Source of the DNA: Balanoglossus misakiensis | Taxonomy: Eukaryota > Animalia > Hemichordata | Assembly: GCA_040954595.2 (NCBI GenBank) | Contig: CM082579.2 | Location: 9,537,625 to 9,601,624 of the forward strand | Length of the DNA: 64,000 nucleotides | Direction: 5' to 3' | Part shown: piece by piece, positions 12,679 to 22,900 of the stretch | Layout of the letters: each line of letters opens with the position of its first letter | Numbering within the stretch: the stretch's first letter is position 1 | Made by a program: the position numbers and the translations under genes | The notes under the pieces: model-generated | What the model was told of the DNA's origin: nothing | Seen by the model: the letters and a program-made list of their open reading frames with translations, nothing else | Database searches by the model: none

Positions 12679-14733
12679 ATGAGATTTTTGTTTGCGGTAT
12701 GCGCTCTGCTGGTCACCGTAGCTTGCGGTGTCGACGTCGACAATCCATTTCATTCCGAGCCATGGATATGTTCGTCTGTTGAAGTTAGGGGATATGACGC
12801 CACCATATATGACATACTTGTTACACACGGTGTTCAGTGTTTCGACGAAATCATGGCGTTACCGGACACAATAGGAAATGAGACTCCAACTCACACTATC
12901 AAATCCCTGAAGGTTGTTGGCGGTTTCATCGAACCAACCACTTCATTCAGAGTGGTAGACATCGTCACTGACAAGTTGGACGTGGTCACAGACCTGGTAA
13001 AATATATAACAACCCAAATAAGATATGCTAAATGTGTTATCTATGGTTGGCTGTGGCGTGCGCACAAAGCACAGTGCATGCTTGTGATAGACCATTGACC
13101 ACCAGTATACCTTTCTACTAGATAACATCACCAGTTATAACATTTGTTGAATGCGAAATCACTTTGCTCAAAACTTGCATGGGTTTGTTGGTTGTATAGT
13201 CGTTTGGATTGGTCGGTGCGTCGAAGTGTGGGCGAATGGGTTTCGGGCGAGCCGTTCATTGGGGAGTGGGACAGGTTCGCGCATGTTGGCTTTGGATGGA
13301 TCAATGTTTGGATGGATAAATGGATGGATCGATGGATCGATGAATGGATGGATGGATGGATGGATGGATGGATGGATGGATGGATGGATGGATGGATGGA
13401 TGGATGGATCAATGTTTGTTTGGATGGATGGATGGATGGATGGATGGATGGATGGATGGATGGATGGATGGATGGATGGATGAATGGATGGATGGATGGA
13501 TGGATGGATGGATGGATGGATGGATGGATGGATGGATGGATGGATGGATGGATGGATGGATGGATGGATGGATCAATGTTTGTTTTGATGGATGGATGGA
13601 TGGATGGATGGATGGATGGATTGGTGGATCGACGGATGGGTCGATGGATCGATGGATGGATGGAAATTTGTTAGCAAACTGCATTATTGTCATGAAAAGT
13701 AATACATTTTGTGACGTTTTATTGCACATATTTGCATTTTACAGGGTCCATTGATATCAGAGGAGGAAGAAGAAGTTAAAGGGTGTTTACATTGTACGTC
13801 GGACTTCTATGCTGGCCATATAGTCGTTCAAGCGTGCAATGAGCTGGAAGTAAGTTTTTATTAAAATCGCTATTTTGCATATGCAAATTAGTTTCTACCG
13901 CATGTATGTGAAAAGGGACAAAGTCGCTAAGGGCTTAATTTTTTATTGCGCTCTGGATGTTGTTCTACTAACTTGAACATATTCCAAGTCCTGTTGTCGC
14001 GGCTCAATTTATACAATAATATGAAATTGATATTTACTCAATACATTTATCATTAAACTTTTCTTAATTACCAAAAATTAAATTTCTGGCAATTGAGCAT
14101 GTTTCAGTGAGCAAAATAACGTTAATAGCCAATCAAAGGAAATTATTAAAATAACCACAATTAGCGACTTTCCCCTTTAACATTACATGCGATTATTGAC
14201 TGAACATCATAAATTAAGTGCGTTTATCCTGGGGTTCAAATTATCAAGATAATCCGGTTATTGCCAGTTCCGCAATTCACATGAAGAGAAATACAAATAA
14301 ATGCATTTTCATCTCTTAAGATGGCATATATACAACACGTCACCTGAGAATATATATGTTAAACAAAATCAATTTGTAACAGACACTGCACAGGGGAAAA
14401 TGTTTTGATTTGATTTGATTTACGAAGGTAAGATGTTGTTTTGTCTACAACATCTCAATTTTGAATTGTTAAATCTTGTGGTCGTTTTTATATTTCCCAG
14501 GCTATAGGAAATTTGTTTGGAAAATCCGAAACGGCAGGATTCTCAATTTGTTTTTTTTTTATCATTAATTAATTTAGATATGTCCTGAGAACCTCTCCAA
14601 GGCAATACACTGGCATCCACCAGGACACATTACATTTGCTACAGACATTCAGATGTGTTCCTACAGACGTCATGAAAATACTCACACCTACTACTGCAAG
14701 TACTATCAACCTGAACACGAGTTGGAGGTGTAG
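12679..14733 (+). CDS. Uncharacterised secreted Cys-rich protein, copy 2 (exons 12679-12996, 13745-13849, 14578-14733)
   Basis: Same signal peptide, same exon sizes (318/105/156 nt), intact GT-AG sites and no stops. It differs from copy 1 by scattered substitutions. Confidence 0.8.
13294..13662. repeat. (GGAT)n tetranucleotide microsatellite with interruptions
   Basis: Directly visible; it produces the spurious WMDG and HPSI ORFs. Confidence 0.97.
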
Positions 14734-15865
14734 AGCGCAGCCAATATGCAGGCTTTATAGCAATGGATATGAGGCCTATGACATGTATGACAGCAATTAA
14801 ACCTCACAAGGGGCAATGTGTTACGCAGGTCAATAAAACATGATCACATGAAAAACAATTCACCAATGGTCTGTGTTTTGATTCCACAAGTGTATAGTCA
14901 AATGCTTAGTAGGCTTCCTGACTGGACACAAGTAAATAAGCTAACGGACACCACACGACGCTGAACTCACCTCCTTTTTACTACTCTGGTGATTTCTTGC
15001 GTGTTCTATTCCTGAGATGGATTTCCCAGAATTGTCGTTATAGCTTTTTTTTCAAAAGAATATTGCCAATGGTGGGTTTTCTGAATCCATTCCTTTTTTA
15101 GACCAGCCATTTCTTCATATGGAATATTGACATGTGGCTAAATTTCTTCCTTCGATTGGCGTTTTACGTCTTTCCACATCAACAATTTGCAATTACATAA
15201 AACGCCATGATGCATTTCGGAAAATTAATTAAATAGTTGTGACTCCCAGTTTCACCATCCCCACAGCGTGAAACTCGGAGTCACAACTCCACCACCGGTC
15301 ACCTATATATGTGTCGTATTAACGCCCACAACGCGTTGTACTCCCCCTTTTTTCTGTAGTGTGTGCTTCAAGAGATATTATAGTTTGATATACCTTACAA
15401 ATGTGTTTGGTTACTGTTTGTTTGGGGTTCAAAATATTGACTCATGCACACGCTGTCTACTGGAAATTGCACCGAGAATGGGTCATGTGATCCACTTTAG
15501 ATTCAGTGATATAACTTGTGAGTCATTTATGTCTAATTTGTCAAACTTCAAATCCATAAGACTCTCGTAAGATTGAACAGTAAGACAAGTTAGACATAAG
15601 TGGCTCACATATCAAAACTATAATGTCTGTTGAAGGGCACACTGCACCACATTCAAGTGCATAATTCAACAGAAGCGAAACTAGTCTTGTCACAGGGCCA
15701 GGGGGCGTTAATACAGAATACACATAAATACCGAAAGTACGGAACACAAAATTCATTTGCTAGGTTTCTACTATACTCATAGTAATTTCTTTACTGTGAA
15801 GCTTTTCCTGTGCTGAATTCTCCTTTCCAGAACGCTGTCGCTGTCCTAGCCTTCTTTTTCAGTTC

Positions 15866-18283
15866 ATGCTGATTGCCGTCCTTTATAGAGAGATGAACAT
15901 CGCAGGACTTTTCGTGTTCTTCGTTGCGGTAACCGTTGTTTTGCAGCTACCTGATGGCAGCTATTCACAAGAAACGTCGGTCACTGTTACATCTGTGAAT
16001 CACACATCTGTAGACTCTCCCACCATCGCAGTCACCAGGACACCCGCCGACTACGTCTTCGACGCCACGTGTGAGAACGTGCTGATCTCACTGCACACCA
16101 AGAAGCCATTCGCCGAGCTGGTTAACCAGTTCAATGACTACCTGGTGAAATTGAAAGAAGAAGTGGTGACGTTTTATCTGGACATGCCGGACTTCAACGG
16201 CGAGGATCCGTTACTGTACAACAGTACAAACACACGGATATATGGTCTGTGGTCGTGGAGATGGATCCATGACCAGTATGGCGAGGCACTGGTCCTGTTA
16301 CCGCCATCCGCATACTACTTCTCAGCTGGTCTGCTCTACATAAGGTCTAAGGACATGATAATTGAATTCACGAACAAGACCAATGTGGCGGAAATAGCGC
16401 AACTATCCACAGACTGTAAACGTGATGTAGCTGCAACGTTTCTGATAACACTTGTAACATCAGCTAAAGCAAGCACACGGAGGAACTGCCTTTGCCACAG
16501 ATACGTTTCCGACTCTGATTTGATAGTTCCATCTTGTTGTTGTATAGACAGCGTCGATGAAATGAGAAACATCACCCAGAAATGCCGTCTTTTGGAGGAA
16601 CCGGAGTGGTTTGATACGGCACACGGATTTCTTATTTTTCTAGTAATAGCAATGTCTTGCATAGTAATACCAATTACCAGCTGGTCGCTACTTCCAACCA
16701 AATCAGATGTAAAGCATGTCTTTGAAGAACAAGCAGAACCTGACCAAAAAATCATAATTAATCATCACTGTCTAATATCCCGCGATACGGCACCAATTAC
16801 CTTGAGAAACATTTGTCAATACTGTTGTAATCAACGAAAAGCATGCTATAGGATAATGGAAACATCCATGCGGTTTGTCTTTTATTGGGTCTTGGTTCCT
16901 TGCTTTGCATGGTTTTTCTTCTTATTTGCTGAGTATCAGCATCGGTTAAGATCAGTGGAAACGTTAGAACAGGATGCTTGGTATGAGTATGCTGGTAGCA
17001 AACCTCACTATGTACACTTTAAGCTATTATTTAAAGACTCGCATTTATTCCTGACTATCCTTGTACCTTACGTAGTAGTCATGCTTTTTTTTGCGGCTTT
17101 TCATTGGAAATTATCAGGTCACAAACTTTGTATATTTCATGGAAGGGATTGCTCTTGCGTGCCAAATAATGGATCTGACGATGGATCTGACGATGGATCT
17201 GACGAATATATGAAACTTGTTCACAGAAGGTTCTGCATGGGATTGCCCAGCAATAGAAGAAATCTTCATATATACGAGAATTATGTAGGCATTGGGCGTT
17301 ATCTTCAGTTATATTGCTTCAAGGATATGTTTGCTTGTTGCGCCTTGAAAAACAATAGTTGCTTGAAAAACAAAGGTTGTTTTCCTGCCTTGAAAAACAA
17401 ATGTTGCTTCCGAGCATTTAAAATTATATTGTCCTTCGTGTGCTTTGTTTTCACATACTTGTGGCACGTGATACTCAAGCCCTTCTACATGGCATGTAAA
17501 CGATTTGGATGTAACGCATGGTTATTTTTCACTTACGTCACTGCCCTCTCAACTTGGTTTGTCCTATATCTCGATATTTGTGTGCTGATTGAAGTCGGTG
17601 CATTTTTAATGGCAGGAATAACACTGAATATTTCCATGTTAAGTCCCTATCTCACGCTGACTGCACTAATTGTATTCTATGTGATAAGCATCTATAAAGG
17701 ATTTGTAGATCACTATGATAACTTGAAAAACCTAACTTTTATGGCATTAGACAACTCGGAAGGACAATTTTCGGCAATCTATAAAACTGATGTCTTGCAT
17801 AGTAATACCAATGTCAGGAATAGCGTAGGAACCACAGAGAAAGCTCTGTTTTTGTTCAAACATGTCCCTTTTGTCACTGAATCGAAGTGGAAAGATTGCA
17901 TCACAAAAGAATTATTTCATGAAATATGTGAAATTGTTTCTCCTGTCCGTTTGAAGTTCATGGCAGATGTTCTTCGATTATTGATATTAAGTTCTGTGTT
18001 GCTGTTTACGTTTTTTGTGATACAAACTTTTGAGCAGGAACCGGTGATAGCCGCCCTGATAACAGTTTTAATGGGTCTTTTCCCGGTCATCACTGGTCTT
18101 ACTAAGGGAACTCATGGGATGAGACGAGATAAAATAACAAATAGGGATCTGCAAAAAGAAATAGAAGATGTTTTGCCAATTTTGAAGTTGGAATTTTCCG
18201 AACTTTCTGAGGTTATCACGGATACCACCTATATCGGCGAAAATATAGAAATGAGACGACTGTCAGCATCAAGCCATATTTAA
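15866..18283 (+). CDS. Uncharacterised intronless multi-pass membrane protein (805 aa; probable start at the ATG at 15893)
   Basis: 2.4-kb open frame in AT-rich DNA. It has a signal peptide (MNIAGLFVFFVAVTVVLQL), an ectodomain with N-glycosylation sites and a Cys cluster, then roughly 8 hydrophobic segments. AATAAA lies downstream at about 19307 and 19367. Confidence 0.85.
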   Translation: MLIAVLYREMNIAGLFVFFVAVTVVLQLPDGSYSQETSVTVTSVNHTSVDSPTIAVTRTPADYVFDATCENVLISLHTKKPFAELVNQFNDYLVKLKEEVVTFYLDMPDFNGEDPLLYNSTNTRIYGLWSWRWIHDQYGEALVLLPPSAYYFSAGLLYIRSKDMIIEFTNKTNVAEIAQLSTDCKRDVAATFLITLVTSAKASTRRNCLCHRYVSDSDLIVPSCCCIDSVDEMRNITQKCRLLEEPEWFDTAHGFLIFLVIAMSCIVIPITSWSLLPTKSDVKHVFEEQAEPDQKIIINHHCLISRDTAPITLRNICQYCCNQRKACYRIMETSMRFVFYWVLVPCFAWFFFLFAEYQHRLRSVETLEQDAWYEYAGSKPHYVHFKLLFKDSHLFLTILVPYVVVMLFFAAFHWKLSGHKLCIFHGRDCSCVPNNGSDDGSDDGSDEYMKLVHRRFCMGLPSNRRNLHIYENYVGIGRYLQLYCFKDMFACCALKNNSCLKNKGCFPALKNKCCFRAFKIILSFVCFVFTYLWHVILKPFYMACKRFGCNAWLFFTYVTALSTWFVLYLDICVLIEVGAFLMAGITLNISMLSPYLTLTALIVFYVISIYKGFVDHYDNLKNLTFMALDNSEGQFSAIYKTDVLHSNTNVRNSVGTTEKALFLFKHVPFVTESKWKDCITKELFHEICEIVSPVRLKFMADVLRLLILSSVLLFTFFVIQTFEQEPVIAALITVLMGLFPVITGLTKGTHGMRRDKITNRDLQKEIEDVLPILKLEFSELSEVITDTTYIGENIEMRRLSASSHI

Positions 18284-19914
18284 CTAAATGTTGGGAACGG
18301 TAATGAACATGTTGAGGTTCAAGATGATAGAGAAAAAACCAAGTTGTGAGACAATACTGACCCGAGCATAAAAAATAATATCTTGATCTAGGTCATGCAT
18401 GTTTCTTCAACACAAAGTGTATGTATATCTGGAATATTTAATACTATAATCGATGTTTTACATCACCCATAGTGATATAATTTTAGTTTCAATGTCAACT
18501 AAAATAATTTGTGCAACTTCTGAATAATTCAAGGGAATGTTTACTTCTTCGATGAAAAAGTAATTTTCTGTGTAATGTTGAGCATTTTTCATTTAGACAC
18601 TTTCACATGTTACACTGGAGAGAGAGCTAATAATTCTTGGAATCTCGTTTAAAAAAATAGTTTTGTTTGGGAAATGTTGTAAATTGGAAACATTGCTACG
18701 TTTTAAATTTACAAATCATGGTTAATTTGTCGAAGCAAGAAGTTGTACACTTTTAAGAATTTGTGCGCATTTTCAACGAAGATTTTGTATGTAGAAACTA
18801 GGATGAGAATCGGAAACGAATTTACTTGAAAAAATGGGAATGCTTTTTGATAATTATTTCTTAAATACTTCTCTGACACTCCTTAGTTTAAATGGTCTAA
18901 CAAGAGTACATTTTGTGATACTTAGATGAAATGAATGAAAAGGTTTTCTTGTTTAAAAATTGGCATAATTAAGCACAAAAGTCATAATTTTAATTCAATC
19001 GCTTTTTGGGCTTGATAGTCACGAGTTCCTGATATAGATTTTTTTTCACTGGAGTCTTGCCTGAGTGCAATTCTGTGTATTAAAATGGTCTAACTATGTG
19101 TGCACATATTACTCTTGATTTATATTTTTCTGATATTGTTTTTGCAAAACTTTAAATTTAAGCCTGTGTGTTTGAAGTTTACATCTTTATTTCTAGTACT
19201 TTGACTGTTTTCATATTCTAGCTTTTTGTAGTATTCTAGTATTTTCTAGATAATCAAAAAAGGGATTTATTTTTTTATATTTTCGCTGGACTCATTTTTC
19301 AGCTTAAATAAAATCCCAGTGTAAATTTTTATTCCCTTTGCACATAAGTTGACGAGAAATACTGAAAATAAACTGTGAATTTTGTTGTCATATTATTAAT
19401 TCATTTGAGGTAAAATGTACTTTGCATTTTATTACATAAAATTTTCACATGATACAAAAAGACATCGGCTCTATGCAATAATTGTTCCCCAAAGGTCACA
19501 TGGTGTTGACAGTCCATATTCCACCACTGACCTGATCAGTACACTCTGGCAATATCAGCGCAATGGCAGAGAAAATTTGCAGTTCCAGTTCAGCTCAGTT
19601 GATGACATGATTTGTGTTTCTGAGCGTTTATTGTTAGAACAGAAGTAGTCCCAACGATCCAGACAACCATCCAAAGCAAAACTTTCACATTTTTTGCCCC
19701 CACCCGTGGCCTATGTCCTGTTCTTCATAACGATGCAGATTGTAAAATACAGATGTACTCCGCATTGAACTTCCGACGTCTGGAAGAACTTTCACTGGTT
19801 AATAACTCTGATGGCCGCATGGTATTTTGAATTGTCCTTGGTACCTTCCACCTTCCTCTCAAAATCCTCACTTGACGCAACAGATAAGAACACTCCTGCA
19901 GGTAGCTCGCATAA

Positions 19915-22900
19915 TCATGGTGATAGTTTGGCTTTTAATTGATCATACTGAAATAAAATATACAGGATTGGCATAACTACATGTAACAAAGTTTTGATAA
20001 GATCTGGTGTCAATATGACGGTCATTTTTGCACGATACAAAAATCATTTGACATACTGTTATTCGATTGTATAGACTGTCAATTAACATGTTAATACTAG
20101 TAACGTCTCAACAGCAGTCTTTTTCAGAATATTTGATGTTTTTGGTGAAACCCTGGACAACAAAAGAGCTACAGAAATTTGTTCCTCATTGTACTTTTCA
20201 AAGTCCTGAATATCTGCGAACCGTATGCACACAAAGTCCACCACTGTTAACAGGGGCATCGTAACAAGATGGAGGGGGGAAATCTTGGAACGTGAACCGA
20301 GACGGCTCATTATGAGCGTAACAGATGCAAACTCGCTAAGAAGAGCAACACTGACGCATCAGCAATGTGAATTCAATGAAGCGGCTCTAGAATATCGGAT
20401 CAAAGTCTTTACCTCTGTTTGTTTCTTCTGTTCTTCCTCCCTTATCCTGGCCAAGGCTTCTTGAAATCGTTGCTGAAAGACAAACACAGAGTGGCAAAGA
20501 GTTACCACAACATACCCGATGCACCGATGGAGCTTTTATAGTCTTGTCATAGCGATGGAACAAGAATATTGAATTCCTAGGCTCTGATAGCAGAAGTGAC
20601 GCAATACTCTCAAACCTGAGCCATGATCTCATATCTGACATCCCAAAACTGGCAGATTTTGTGACGTAACATGGCAGGCAACCTCATACGCTGAGGTTTA
20701 CGGAATTCAACCAATTGACAAAATTGCGCAGTTTCATTCCAGAACCCCCCTTGTACTCTACTCAGTAGCTGCACAACACTGCGGCTGGTATAGTAAAAGT
20801 TTCCAGGGTGTCCAACAGCCATGTGGAAAAATCATCAGTCCAATACACAGGACGGTCCCTGGAAATCTGTAGTTGTACTCCCATCATAAAAGTAATTATA
20901 GAGTGAGTACGCATTATAACACCATTCCAGGCAATTTTCCCTGAGTACACTGAAAGTTTGGTGTACAATGCATGTAGAGACAGTGTCCCAGTCTTCCGAA
21001 TGTGATACACACAAACACTTACTTTTAATGCTGGGTTTTCAACATTAGCTATTGCCTCTTCCTGTGTCCTCTGTCTGTCCTGTAAAGCCTCAATTTCTTG
21101 TTCTAGTTCGTCTAGCTTTGTCATCAACTCTGGAAACACACAAAACATCAGCATTATGAACATACATGTACAACCAAATGCAGTGTGAAGATTGTCATTT
21201 ATTACTGTTCTTAATTTTAATAAATAACAAGCTAGGGAGTCTTGCGGGAAGCCATCGTCAAGAAATTCGCTGGTATAAACACATAACACTATAACACGAT
21301 AATGTGCAGAATGCTTTACACTATGTTGCTATGTACAGTTACGTGTAAGGGCAGATAATATTTCTAGCTACTGGGTGACGTCAGATTTCTTGATCGTAAC
21401 AAATGATAGTCAAAACAGGCTGAATTCAAAATGGAGGTTGAAGTTGTAATGGGGCTAACCTAATGGACACATACATCAGGTACATTGCAAACTGCAGGAA
21501 AGTGCATCAGCATTTTTTGTTCGCAGTTAGAAAGGTACCCACTGAAATGTCCAGGCGATTGAGAATGACATTGAACTAAAATTAAGCTAACTCCCCATCA
21601 AGCTGTAAAGAGATCACTGATGGCTGACACAAAATCCACGACAACTTGAACTCTCACCTTGTTGATTGGATTGTTGCAGGTCTTCGCTGACCGCCGACTG
21701 CTGGCTCAAATTGCTGTCGTCCAGAATCGGTTGACTGCTGCTGGCACCGTCTTCGTTGTCGTCAAAGTCCATGATGTTCACGTCCTCGTCTTCATTCTCT
21801 GAGCTGCTGATGTCTTGGAAGATTTCTCGAAGCTCGTCATGTTCAGCTGTGATAGGAATTTTAAATGGAAAAATGTAAGACAAAAGGCATCAGTAGTATC
21901 GGCATGCTGACCTTTGGATTTCCGACCTACACCAACCAACACTGACTCTAACATCAGGGTGCACAGTCACATTTTTTACATGTAAAGCTAGCAAATGGCC
22001 CAAAATCTTGCTTGTCTTTAATACTACTCAGAACAACACTATCAAGGTGATAAGCTGGGTAAGATGTAAATTTAACATGCCTATATATATAAAATGATGT
22101 CACCTTTACAGTGTAGACGAACAAGATACAGAATAAATAGTTTGGCATACAAATGCACCATGTGAAAAAAACAATGGCCGAGTGACAGTGAATGCAAGCT
22201 GGCACGACAAGAAGAAATTGTAGAATATACCTCACTCCAGATCGAAAATTACAACACAGCATCAAAGCCAGGTGGGCATGACTGGTTTCTGAACGATGAA
22301 TACATTAAATGACAGAAATAGTCTCACTTTTCTGACAGCTGTGACAGTTCAAAAGACTTACCGAGACTCTGGGGACCCGATAGATTGGCTGGCGACATTG
22401 TATTGGAGTCAATGTCCAGTAAACCCGGCTTGCTGTCGTCTTTGCCCTCCTCATCAGCCAACACTTCGTAGCCTGGATGAACCATTGTCAAGGATGGATA
22501 CACGATACACACACGCTTACATCTAGTCTGAACTACTGTAAAACGGGTAATTTGTCACGACAGGAAATTTTTGCAATATCAAAAGAGGCCACTGTTACGC
22601 GAGTATTAATTTTCACATTCTCTTATTTCATGTACTGCATCGTCATCGGCAAAAAATTTTTTACGTGACTTTTTATTTTCACGTTATTTTGGCTCTCGCC
22701 TATTTCGCGAAAATGTATTGCTCCCAAAAATAACATGTTTTACAGTATTGGGCGTTTCTGACCCAGTTCTGTGCTGTGGTTATCATTTGCTCGAATGAAA
22801 ACACTACTCATGCAGTGAGGCTGAAAATGTTTACAAATGTCTTGTCTTTAGAAATGCAATCATTATTCCAATCCTGGTGGAGATACAAGTAACTGTACAT

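Larger units (their letters stand above)
10405..15217 (+). repeat. Tandem segmental duplication, unit B
   Basis: Collinear with 5018-9728. It also carries an internal re-duplication of the upstream segment (about 10960-11300 vs 12015-12380). Confidence 0.9.

Noticed and set aside
13128-13754. WMDG and HPSI repeat ORFs
   Set aside because: Translations of the (GGAT)n microsatellite inside an intron.
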